Positions 51,626-60,282 of a stretch of 64,000 nucleotides of DNA are shown in pieces; the stretch's first letter is position 1, and the number at the start of each line of letters is the position of its first letter. The notes beneath the pieces are model-generated. The model saw only the letters and a program-made list of their open reading frames with translations. It did not search any database and had not been told where the DNA came from. A program made the position numbers and the translations under genes. The stretch lies in the NCBI GenBank assembly GCA_963770895.1, contig CAVYRF010000002.1:4768001-4832000 (forward strand). The letters run 5' to 3'. Source of the stretch: an uncultured Acidobacteriota bacterium (lineage in GTDB: Bacteria > Acidobacteriota > Thermoanaerobaculia > Multivoradales > UBA5704).

Positions 51626-52366
51626 ATGGAGCCGAACGAGGGCGCCGGGGAGGTTGCGATCCCGGCGGAGGCAGAGGGCGGCAAGTCCTGGACGCGCAAG
51701 GGGGTGCAGACCCGCGCGCAGATCCTGGACGCGGCGCTGACTCTGTTTCGCGATCGGGGCTTCGAGGCGACGACGATGCGCGCCATCGCCGACAGCGCCG
51801 GCGTGGCGATGGGCAACGCCTATTACTACTTCCGCTCCAAGGAGTACCTGGTCCAGGAGCTGTATCGCCGTACGCACGAGGAACACCAGGCGGCCTTTGC
51901 GCCGCTGCTGGCCGGCGAGGGGAATTTCAAGCGGCGGCTGCTGATCGTGATGCGCGCCAAGGTGGACACGCTGATGCCGTACCACCGGTTTGCCGGCGTC
52001 CTTTTCAAGACCGCGGCCGACCCGGCGAGCCCGCTCAATCCATTCAGCGGCGCGTCCGATGCGCTGCGGCGCGATGCCGTGGCGGTGTTTGCCGAGGTCG
52101 TGGCGGGGTCGCGCCTGCGGATGGCAAAAGAGCTGCGGCAGGAGCTGCCGCGCCTGCTCTGGCTCTACCACATGGGCGTGATCCTGTACTGGATCCACGA
52201 CTCGTCGCCGGGCTGCCGGGCTACCTACCGGCTGGTCGGCGGCAGCGTCGACCTGATCGATCGCCTGATCAGCCTGTCGCGCCTGCCCATCGCCCGCGGG
52301 TTGGTGTTGTCCGCCCTGCGGCTGGCCGCCGAGCTGCGGCCGGATCCCGCCGGAGGCGCGGAGTGA
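51626..52366 (+). CDS. TetR/AcrR family transcriptional regulator
   Basis: TRAQILDAALTLFRDRGFEATTMRAIADSAGVAMGNAYYYFRSKE; SPLNPFS; YWIHDSS. Confidence 0.93.
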   Translation: MEPNEGAGEVAIPAEAEGGKSWTRKGVQTRAQILDAALTLFRDRGFEATTMRAIADSAGVAMGNAYYYFRSKEYLVQELYRRTHEEHQAAFAPLLAGEGNFKRRLLIVMRAKVDTLMPYHRFAGVLFKTAADPASPLNPFSGASDALRRDAVAVFAEVVAGSRLRMAKELRQELPRLLWLYHMGVILYWIHDSSPGCRATYRLVGGSVDLIDRLISLSRLPIARGLVLSALRLAAELRPDPAGGAE

Positions 52367-52540
52367 GCACCGGGCGGGGGAGGGAGCAGTGCGCGCTGGT
52401 GGCTGGGTTCAGGTGGGCGGGCGCCCCTGGGAGCGACGCGGCGAACCAGCCGATTGCCGCGGCTCCCAGGGGCGCCCGCCGATGGTGGGGCGGTGGGGTG
52501 GGTCGATGCAGGCGAGGGCGTCGATCCGTGGATCAGGCGA

Positions 52541-52873
52541 TCAGACGTTGCCCTGGAAGTAGACGACGAAGTTGCTGCCGGCGTTGTTCGGCGAGGCGAT
52601 GTAGTAGTTGTTGTCGCCGGTCGCCACCTTGCTGGCGTCGAAGGTCCCCGCCTGGGTGAGCGCGGCGACGATCTCGTCGTTGGCGCCGCCCTTGTCGTGG
52701 ACCAGGGTGGCGGTGATGCCGGGCGCGCCGGAGGTGCCGGTGAAATACGAGGTGATGACTCCCGACGAAGGCACCGCCAGGAACACAAAGTCGGTGCCCG
52801 CGCGATTCTTCTGTCCGGACAGCGGCTGGGCTTCGGCGGCGGTGGCGGCGATCGATTGGACGCTCATGGTCAT
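52541..52873 (-). CDS. Small uncharacterised protein (110 aa), paralog of the adjacent gene
   Basis: AAGGAG RBS; SGQKNRAG..F.FL.VPSSG...DASK...YYIASP...FVVYF. Confidence 0.75.
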   Translation of the reverse strand: MTMSVQSIAATAAEAQPLSGQKNRAGTDFVFLAVPSSGVITSYFTGTSGAPGITATLVHDKGGANDEIVAALTQAGTFDASKVATGDNNYYIASPNNAGSNFVVYFQGNV

Positions 52874-52898
52874 GGTCTCCTTGTGGTTTGGCGCGGCA

Positions 52899-53216
52899 TC
52901 AGGCGCTGAAGTAGACGACGAAGTCTTCGCTCGCCCCCGACGGGTCGGCGAGGTAGTAGGTGTTGCTGGCGTCAATCTTCGACGCGTCGATGACGCCGCC
53001 CGTCGCGAAGCCGCCGATGAGCTTGTCGGAGCCGAGGCTGACGTCCTGATAGAGGTTGGCGTTGATCGCGCCGGCGTTGGGCGTGCCGTCGATGGTGGCG
53101 GTCAGATCGCCGCTCGACGGCACTCCCGGCAGGAACTGGAAGTTGGGACCCGAGCGGTGCTTCTGCCCGGACTCCGTGGAACTGCCCGAGATCGCGGCTC
53201 CCCAGGGCTGACTCAT
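52899..53216 (-). CDS. Small uncharacterised protein (105 aa), paralog of the adjacent gene
   Basis: AAAGGAG RBS before ATG 53216; SGQKHRSG..F.FL..VPSSG...DASK...YYLADP...FVVYF. Confidence 0.78.
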   Translation of the reverse strand: MSQPWGAAISGSSTESGQKHRSGPNFQFLPGVPSSGDLTATIDGTPNAGAINANLYQDVSLGSDKLIGGFATGGVIDASKIDASNTYYLADPSGASEDFVVYFSA

Positions 53217-53491
53217 GGTGGCTTCTCCTTTTTCTGGTCGTGGACGACCGGTTTGTCGGCGGCCGGTCCGGCGATCCTGTTCGCGGCGCCGGCGCGCCTC
53301 CGTCGCACCGTTAGTGGGACGACCCGGCCGTCTATCGCACCCCACCTGGCACGCCGGCGGATTCGCCGGTCCGTCGCCCGCGGGGCGGAGGGCCGCGGTG
53401 GGCTGCCGGGGGCGGCAGGGTCTCTGGCAGGGCCGCGAGACGCCCACGGCGGAAGGCGCGATCCGACCGGGGCGCTGGCAGGCGTGCGGCG

Positions 53492-55294
53492 ATGACCCCC
53501 TTGGCCGCGTTGGGTCCCGAGGTGCGCAGCCTCGACGAGGTGCTGGCGCTGCGCGCCGCCGCGGCGCCCGATACGCTGGCCTTCGGCGCCGGCGACGAGC
53601 GGCTGACGTTCGGCGGCTTGGACAGTGCGGCGACAGCGCTGGCCGCCGCCATCGCGCGGTGCGGCGTGGGCGCCGGCGACCGGGTGGTGCTGCTGCTCCC
53701 CGCCGGGCTCGGTTTCGTGCGGGTGTTCTTCGCCCTGCAAAGGCTGGCCGCGGTGCCGCATGCGCTGTCGCCGGCGCTGCCGGCGGCGACGGCGGCGCGG
53801 AGCGCCGCCCGGGTGCGCCCACGGCTGGTGATCGCCAGCACGGCCGGCGGCGCCGCCGGCCGAGAGCTGCTGGCCGCCGCCGCCGCGGCAGGGTTGGCGG
53901 CGGTCGATCTCGCCACGCTCGCCGGCGCCGATTCCGTTGATGGCGCTGGTGGCGCTGGTGGTGGTGGCGCCGGTAGCGCTGATGGCCCTGGCGGCGGTGG
54001 TGGCGCCGCGCCGGTGCCCGCGACGGCGGCCGGGCCGGACGCGCCGGCATTCCTCCAGGCCACCTCGGGAACGGCGGGGGAGCCGCGCGCGGCGATCATC
54101 CTGCAGCGCAACGTGCTGGCATCGCTGGCGGCGGCGCGCGACCGACTGGCCTTCGGGCCGGCCGACGTGTTGGTCGGCTGGGTGCCGCCGTGGCACGACC
54201 TGGGGCTGCTGCGCTTCATTCTGGGACCGGTCTACTTCGGAGCGCCCTGCCACCTGGTGCCGCCCGCCATCAGCACCATCCCGCTCTGGCTGCGCACGGC
54301 GGCCGCGGTGCGCGCCACGATCCTGGGCGCGCCGGACTTCGCCTATCGCCTGGCTGTCCGGCTGGTGGACCCGGCGGGGCTCGACCTTTCGGCCCTCCGC
54401 TATGCCACCAACGGCGGCGAGCCCGTGCGCCGGAGCACCATCGAGGCCTTCGAAAGCCGCTTCGGCCTGTCGCGCGTCGTGCGGCCGGGCTACGGCCTGG
54501 CGGAGGCGACCCTCGGCGTCACCTGTCTGGCTCCCGGCGAGCCGCTGCGCGTGGATGCCCGCGGCAACGTCTCCTGCGGCCGGCCCCTCCCCGGCGTCGA
54601 GATCCGCATCGCCCCGCCGGCGCTGCCAGAGGAGCCGGCCGGCGGCGCCGGCGGCGGCGGGAGTGGCGGCGGCGACGGCAGCGACGGCAGGGACGGGAGG
54701 GCGGCCACTGCCGGCAGGGGTGGGAGCGACCGGGGGGCGCGGGGGGAGACCGCGGACTGGCAGGCCAGCGGTGTGGCCGGCGAGATCCTGGTGCGCGGCC
54801 CCGGCGTGTTCGCCGGGTATTTCGACGGCGGCGATGCGAGCCGCGAGGTGCTGCGGGAGGGCTGGCTGCACACCGGTGACCTGGGGCTGCTCGATCGGGA
54901 CGGGCATCTCTACGTGCTCGGCCGCCAGCGCGCCATGCTCAAGCGCGGCGGGGCGCCCCTGGCGCCGCGCGAGGTCGAAGAAGCGGCGGAGCGAGTGGCC
55001 GGGGTGCGCGGCGCGGCAGCCGTCGCCCTGCCCGCCGGCGACGTCGCCGTCACCGAGGAGATCGTGCTGGTGGTCGAAGCCCATGCCTCTGGCGCCGCGG
55101 CGGCCCTGGCGGCGCAAGTCGCCGCGGCGGTGGAGACGGCGCTCGGCTTTGCGCCCACCCGCGTGCTGGTCGTGGCGCCGCGCGGCATTGCGCGCACCGC
55201 CAACGGCAAGCTCCGCTACGACGAGATCCGCCGCGCCCTCCTTACCGGCGAGCTGCTGCACAGCGGCGCCGTGCTCTTCGGCCGCCCCACCTGA
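53492..55294 (+). CDS. Fatty acyl-AMP ligase-like adenylating enzyme
   Basis: AFLQATSGTAGEPR, WVPPWHDLGL, APDFAY, GYGLAEAT, VSCGRP, WLHTGDLG, RTANGKL. Confidence 0.85.
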   Translation: MTPLAALGPEVRSLDEVLALRAAAAPDTLAFGAGDERLTFGGLDSAATALAAAIARCGVGAGDRVVLLLPAGLGFVRVFFALQRLAAVPHALSPALPAATAARSAARVRPRLVIASTAGGAAGRELLAAAAAAGLAAVDLATLAGADSVDGAGGAGGGGAGSADGPGGGGGAAPVPATAAGPDAPAFLQATSGTAGEPRAAIILQRNVLASLAAARDRLAFGPADVLVGWVPPWHDLGLLRFILGPVYFGAPCHLVPPAISTIPLWLRTAAAVRATILGAPDFAYRLAVRLVDPAGLDLSALRYATNGGEPVRRSTIEAFESRFGLSRVVRPGYGLAEATLGVTCLAPGEPLRVDARGNVSCGRPLPGVEIRIAPPALPEEPAGGAGGGGSGGGDGSDGRDGRAATAGRGGSDRGARGETADWQASGVAGEILVRGPGVFAGYFDGGDASREVLREGWLHTGDLGLLDRDGHLYVLGRQRAMLKRGGAPLAPREVEEAAERVAGVRGAAAVALPAGDVAVTEEIVLVVEAHASGAAAALAAQVAAAVETALGFAPTRVLVVAPRGIARTANGKLRYDEIRRALLTGELLHSGAVLFGRPT

Positions 55295-55351
55295 GCAACG
55301 GCCGCCCGCCGCCTGCGGACTGCAGCCTGAAGGCCGGCCGGCGCGGCGTGG

Positions 55352-56335
55352 TCAGGCGGTACCGAGCAGCGCGCGCAGCAGGCCGAGACTCAGGTCGCCG
55401 GGGGCGGCCAGCAGATGGCGCTCCAGCCAGGCGGCCGCGGCGCCGGCGAGAGCGGCGTCGCGCTCGCGATCGGCAGGGGGCGAGTCCGGCGGGCCGTCAT
55501 GGTTCGGGCTGCGGTGGCTCGGGCCGCCGGCGCGCGGGAGGTTATCGAGCGGGTCAAGGTGGTAAAGCGGGTCAAGGGAGTCGAGCGGCGCGAGCGGCGG
55601 GCCGACGATCGTGTCGAGACCGTGGGCGGACCAGCGCACCACGATGGGTTGGAGCGGTGCGGCGGCGAGCCGCGCCAGGGCGAAGGGGCCGCGCGCCAGG
55701 TGCATGGGGCGACCCAGGCAGCTGGTTGCGATGGTGGCGGTGGGACCGTCGGCGAGGTCGGCCGCCAGGGCGACGAGTCCGCCCTGGCGCAGGTGGTCGA
55801 GGCCGCGGAGGAACGCCTTGGCGCGCGCCTGCTCGCCGCCCGCGGTCGAGACGACGGCCAGCGGTGGACGGGGCTCGTGCAGCAGGCCGTGGCGGAAACG
55901 CAGCGCGGGCGCGGGCAGGCGTTCGAGGGCCGCGCCCAGCGCCTGCACGGCGCCGACGTGGAAGGTGCAGAGGACCAGGGGCGGGCGCAGCTCGGCAAGG
56001 GCCGGCGCGCTCCGCACCAGGGCGGCGACCGCCGCCAGGCCGCGGTGCCGGATCAGCTCGACCACCAGGCGGTTGCGCGCCTCGGCGGCGCCGATCGTGC
56101 GGGCGACGCGGGCCGCGGCCGCGCGGTCCAGGTGGGGGAAGAGCTGGGCGACCTGCTCCACGCTCGGCCAGGCGCCGGAGAGCCGGTTGCGCATCCTGCC
56201 CACGGCTGCCGCGGCGCCCAGAGCCGGCAGCGCCCGGCGCGGCGAGCCGGCCGCCGCGAACACCGTCAGGCCGCGCTCCAGGGCGTCGAAGGCGTGCCGT
56301 GCGGCGCTGCGGCCGGCTCCGCGGCGCTCGCTCAA
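55352..56335 (-). CDS. LpxL/LPLAT-like acyltransferase
   Basis: LVLCTFHVG, LRQGGLVALAAD, CLGRPMHLARGPFALARLAAAPL; TTG start overlaps the ACP stop (TTGA). Confidence 0.65.
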   Translation of the reverse strand: MSERRGAGRSAARHAFDALERGLTVFAAAGSPRRALPALGAAAAVGRMRNRLSGAWPSVEQVAQLFPHLDRAAAARVARTIGAAEARNRLVVELIRHRGLAAVAALVRSAPALAELRPPLVLCTFHVGAVQALGAALERLPAPALRFRHGLLHEPRPPLAVVSTAGGEQARAKAFLRGLDHLRQGGLVALAADLADGPTATIATSCLGRPMHLARGPFALARLAAAPLQPIVVRWSAHGLDTIVGPPLAPLDSLDPLYHLDPLDNLPRAGGPSHRSPNHDGPPDSPPADRERDAALAGAAAAWLERHLLAAPGDLSLGLLRALLGTA

Positions 56336-56607
56336 GCGTGCGCTCGCGACACTGCCGCCCGCACCGCGGCGACCAGGCGGCCGACGGTCAGCGGCGCGGG
56401 CGCGTCGTCGAGCAGCTCGGCCGGCAGCGGGATGGCGAAGCGCTCGCTGCATTCGAGCAGCAACTCGACCAGCGCGATCGAATCGAGCCCGGCGCCGCCG
56501 GCGCCCAGCCGCACCTCTCCGCCCAGCTCCATCGCCACGCTGCCCAGCGAGGCGCGGGCGCGGACCAGCTGACGCACCGCCGCCTCGATCTCGGGTTCCG
56601 TCCACAC
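56332..56607 (-). CDS. Acyl carrier protein
   Basis: GLDSIALVELL phosphopantetheine-attachment motif, ERFAIPLP, LTVGRL; GTG 56607 lies 7 nt after TACACT. Confidence 0.85.
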   Translation of the reverse strand: MWTEPEIEAAVRQLVRARASLGSVAMELGGEVRLGAGGAGLDSIALVELLLECSERFAIPLPAELLDDAPAPLTVGRLVAAVRAAVSRAHA

Positions 56608-56665
56608 GCCAGCGAGTGTAGGCATTCGCCCCCGCAAACGCGAGGGACCGGAGCGGTAGTGCGCT

Positions 56666-56694
56666 TTGACATCGCCCGCTGCGGCGCATAGGAT
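56666..56694 (+). promoter_or_regulatory. Sigma70-type promoter of the metalloprotease gene
   Basis: TTGACA-17-TAGGAT. Confidence 0.65.
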
Positions 56695-56739
56695 GGTTTG
56701 CTAGTATTGCGAGACATTCTAAAAACGGGGGGCGTCGGC

Positions 56740-58173
56740 ATGCTACGGGGCATCCAACGGCTGTCGGTCGGGTTGCTGATGGTTTCGCTGTGCGCCTTCA
56801 GCGGCGACCAGAAGAGCGGCCAGGGCGCCCCCACCGCTCAACCGTCGCCGGCCGAACGCGTCGCGGCGCAGGCGCTCGCCAAGCTGGAGCCCTATCACTT
56901 GGTGCAGATCGACACCGTGGCGGTTTCTCGCGCGGTGCGCGCCGGAGCGCAGGTCCGCCTGCCCTACGTCAGCGTCGGCAACCACCTGGGCTGGGTCGAC
57001 GTGCAGCTCAGGCCGCGCAACCTGCGCAGCTCGACTCTCACCGTCGCCGATGTGAAGAACGGCGTCGACAAGAGCTGGCGCCCCATCTCGCTGCCGCCGC
57101 CGGCAACCTATCAGGGCAGGGCGAAGGGCGAGCGGGCGGAGGAGCTCGGCGCGGCCGTCTTCACCATCAACCCGCAGGTGGTCGAAGGCAACGTCCTGCT
57201 GGCGCCGGGAACGAACGGCTGGTCGATCATCGAGCCGCTCGAACCGCAGCTGCGGCTGCAAGGCGTCGACCCACAGCAGCGGGCGGCGCTGCTCAAGCAG
57301 TTCAATCACATCGTCTACAATGCCAAGGACCAGCACCGGAGCTTCAAGGTGGACGCTGACCTGTACCCCCACCCGACGACGGTGCGACGGGCGGCGGTCG
57401 CGCCGCCGCCCCCTCAGCTGGTCGTCTCCACCGTCGTCGACGGCGACGATGCCTTCTATCGCGCCTATCCGCAGAATTCGGTGATGCCGTTCTGGCTGAA
57501 GGAAGAGTCGCTGTTCAACACCCTCGACTGGCTGTTCAACTGCATCGAGCCCGAGGCCAACGCCGCCAACGCCTACACCTTCTGCGCCAACCACGAGTTC
57601 GACGGCGGCCACGACGGCTTCCGCGCCAGCGTGCGGCTCGAGCGGCTGGAGGTCTGGGAAGCCGGCGGCCCTAACGCCACCGTGCGCGAAACGCTGCTGC
57701 GCCAATCGGCGCGCGACACGCACCAGGCGACGCCGCCCTGCTGCGGCCCACCGCACACCGCCGGCCGTGCGGCCCTGGTCTTCTTCTTCAGCGGCCGCAC
57801 GCTCACCATCGGCGCCGGCGTGGCCAGCGTCGACGGCCTCAACGTCTACGGCCCCAGCTGTTTCGCCGACGACAACAGCTACCTGTGCCACCACGCCCTC
57901 ACCCAGGCCACCCCAGGTGGCGAGTTCCCCGGCAGCGTCTACTACCAGGAGCTGCTGGTCGCCCACGAGGTCGGCCACATCATCGGCGGCCCCGAGAACG
58001 TCATAGGCCTTCCCATCTGCTGGCTGGGCGGCACCCAGTGTGGCCCTGACCTGATGAGCTCCCTGGCCTTCGGAACAGGCCCCATTTACGTCTTCACCGA
58101 AGAAGACACCCATGGTCTGATGGGCCCCCTGATGAAAGCGCGCCTGGGCGGCGTGCAGCCTGGCGGTAAGTAA
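56740..58173 (+). CDS. Secreted zinc metalloprotease-like protein (metzincin/reprolysin-like)
   Basis: Signal peptide, prodomain-like N-terminus, AHEVGHIIG followed by Met-turn-like PDLMS, several Cys. Confidence 0.7.
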   Translation: MLRGIQRLSVGLLMVSLCAFSGDQKSGQGAPTAQPSPAERVAAQALAKLEPYHLVQIDTVAVSRAVRAGAQVRLPYVSVGNHLGWVDVQLRPRNLRSSTLTVADVKNGVDKSWRPISLPPPATYQGRAKGERAEELGAAVFTINPQVVEGNVLLAPGTNGWSIIEPLEPQLRLQGVDPQQRAALLKQFNHIVYNAKDQHRSFKVDADLYPHPTTVRRAAVAPPPPQLVVSTVVDGDDAFYRAYPQNSVMPFWLKEESLFNTLDWLFNCIEPEANAANAYTFCANHEFDGGHDGFRASVRLERLEVWEAGGPNATVRETLLRQSARDTHQATPPCCGPPHTAGRAALVFFFSGRTLTIGAGVASVDGLNVYGPSCFADDNSYLCHHALTQATPGGEFPGSVYYQELLVAHEVGHIIGGPENVIGLPICWLGGTQCGPDLMSSLAFGTGPIYVFTEEDTHGLMGPLMKARLGGVQPGGK

Positions 58174-58288
58174 GGCCGGCGAGCCGCCAGGCGAGAGCAA
58201 CTGCCGCGGCGGTGTGCTCCGCCGGTTTGACCGCTGGCGACGGCCCTGACATCATCGCGGCGCCTCGCTTGGCGGGGTGAGGGGGGCC

Positions 58289-58708
58289 ATGTTCCGACAC
58301 CTGCTGGTACCGGTCGATTTCACCGACAAGAACGAGGCGGCGATCGGCATTGCCATCGAGACCGCGCGTCGCGACGGCGCCGAAGTGGTGTTGCTGCACG
58401 TGATCGAAACCATCGATCACATGGAGTTCGACGAGATGGCCGACTTCTACCGCAAGCTGGAGACGCGCGCCGCGGCCAAGCTGGCGGTGCTGGCCGAGCG
58501 CTTCACCAGCGCCGGGGTGCGGGCGCGCTACGAGATCCTGTTCGGCAAACGCGCCGAATCCATCCTGCGCAGCGCCGCCGGCACGCCGACCGACCTGATC
58601 GTGCTGTCGTCGCATCGCGTCGATCGCGAGCATCCGGCGCTGGGCCTGGGCGCCATCAGCTACCAGGTCGCGATCGTCGCCCGCTGTCCCGTCCTGCTGG
58701 TCAAGTAG
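58289..58708 (+). CDS. Universal stress protein
   Basis: FRHLLVPVDF, LLHV, DLIVLSSH, LGAISYQV...ARCPVLLVK. Confidence 0.9.
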   Translation: MFRHLLVPVDFTDKNEAAIGIAIETARRDGAEVVLLHVIETIDHMEFDEMADFYRKLETRAAAKLAVLAERFTSAGVRARYEILFGKRAESILRSAAGTPTDLIVLSSHRVDREHPALGLGAISYQVAIVARCPVLLVK

Positions 58709-58831
58709 CGGCGGCGTGATCCGCACCCTCGCCCGCACCTATCGGCGGGCCTTTCCCGGCCTCAGCCGCGACGCGGGCTTTCTGGCGTTGGTGGGCCAGG
58801 CCGCCGCCGGCAGCGCCGCGGCGCGCCGCCG

Positions 58832-59383
58832 CTAGTCCTTGGGCGGCTCGGGGTCGTCCAGGTGGCGGTAGGTGCGGTTCCAGTAGACCAGCGGCTGCTG
58901 CTCCGGCTCCGGCACGCCGCTGGCCATCACCATGCCGACGTAGATGCTGTGGGTGCCGGCGGGGTAGCGGGCGTGGATGCGGCAGTCGAGCCAGGCCAGG
59001 CAGTCGGTCAGGATGGGGGCGCCGGTGACCGCGGTGTCCCAGCGGCCTTCGTTGAAGCGGTCGCCCTCCTTGAGCCAGGCGAAGCGGTCCGACAGCGCGG
59101 TCTGGTCGTGGCGCAGGATGTTGACCGCGAAGACCGTGTCGTCCTGCTCCAGCATCTGGTAGGCCTTGTGGCGGTGGTCGATGACCGTCACGATCAGCGG
59201 CGGCTCGGCGGAGACCGAGGCGAAGGCCGACACCGTCAGGCCGTGCACTTCGTCCCCCTGGCGGATGGTGACGATGGTCACGCCGGCGGGAAAATGGCGC
59301 AGGGCGTCCCTGAAGTCGACGGACGAGATCACAGAGCGGGTCTCCAATTGGTATGGCGCCGTCTGGCTCGCTGATTCTCCCAT
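58832..59383 (-). CDS. Flavin reductase family protein
   Basis: FRDALRHFPAGVTIVT, GLTVSAFASVSAEPP, FAVNIL, GTHSIYVG; GGAGGT RBS before ATG 59383. Confidence 0.92.
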   Translation of the reverse strand: MGESASQTAPYQLETRSVISSVDFRDALRHFPAGVTIVTIRQGDEVHGLTVSAFASVSAEPPLIVTVIDHRHKAYQMLEQDDTVFAVNILRHDQTALSDRFAWLKEGDRFNEGRWDTAVTGAPILTDCLAWLDCRIHARYPAGTHSIYVGMVMASGVPEPEQQPLVYWNRTYRHLDDPEPPKD

Positions 59384-59493
59384 AACCCACCTCCGGCTCC
59401 GGCTGTGTCGGGACATCCTTTACTGATAATGGTGTTCCATCTAAGCTAGACGCGTCTCGGAGTCAAAAGATGCCACCCAGGAGGACGTGCGCA

Positions 59494-60282
59494 ATGCCTG
59501 TAGGTCCGTCGACCGTACAACTGCCGCCTGCAGCGCCGCCCAGGGGCGCCGCCGGGCGTGGCGCCGTCTCCAGGCTGGCCCCTTCCCTCCTGGCCCTGAC
59601 CCTGGCGGCCTGCGCCGCCGCCGCCCTGGCGCCGGGGGGCGGCAGGCTCCAGGCCGACGACCTGAGCGGCCGTATCGAGCTGCTGGCCAAGGACGGCAAG
59701 GCGGTCGCGCGGGGCAGCAGCGATCCGCACCAGGCGGTGGTCTACTTCGAGCCCGCCAACCCCGGCCACGCGGTCAAGGCGCCCGAAGCGCCCTTCCAGC
59801 TGATCACCCGCCGCAAGGAGTTCATCCCCCGCGTCCTTGCCGTGCCGGTCGGCAGCCTGGTGCGGTTCCCCAACGAAGATCCGATCCTGCACAACGTGTT
59901 TTCGGTGTCGCCGGGCAACTCCTTCGACCTGGGGATCTACCGCAACGGTCCCCCCAAGGAGAAGCGCTTCGACCAGCCGGGGCTGGTGCGGGTGTTCTGC
60001 AACGTCCACCAGACGATGGTGGCGTACATCCTGGTGCTCAACACGCCGTTTTACTCCCAGCCGGGTGACGACGGCGCCTTCCGGTTGAGCGGCCTGCCCA
60101 AGGGGCCCGGCAAGCTCACCGTCTGGCACGAGCAGGCGGATCCCTGGACCACCCAGCTGACCCTGCCGCTGGCGGAAGGAACGCCGCCGCTGCTGGCGAA
60201 GCTGGTGGTGGCGCGGCCGAAGCTACCCCCCCACACCAACAAGACCGGCGGCTCCTACAACCGCAGTGAAGACTACCGATAG
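59494..60282 (+). CDS. Secreted cupredoxin-like / carboxypeptidase-regulatory-like domain protein
   Basis: FIPRVLAVPVGSLVRFPNEDPILHNVFS...VRVFCNVHQTM (His/Cys/His/Met), then GAFRLSGLPKG..LTVWH; AGGAGG before ATG 59494. Confidence 0.8.
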   Translation: MPVGPSTVQLPPAAPPRGAAGRGAVSRLAPSLLALTLAACAAAALAPGGGRLQADDLSGRIELLAKDGKAVARGSSDPHQAVVYFEPANPGHAVKAPEAPFQLITRRKEFIPRVLAVPVGSLVRFPNEDPILHNVFSVSPGNSFDLGIYRNGPPKEKRFDQPGLVRVFCNVHQTMVAYILVLNTPFYSQPGDDGAFRLSGLPKGPGKLTVWHEQADPWTTQLTLPLAEGTPPLLAKLVVARPKLPPHTNKTGGSYNRSEDYR

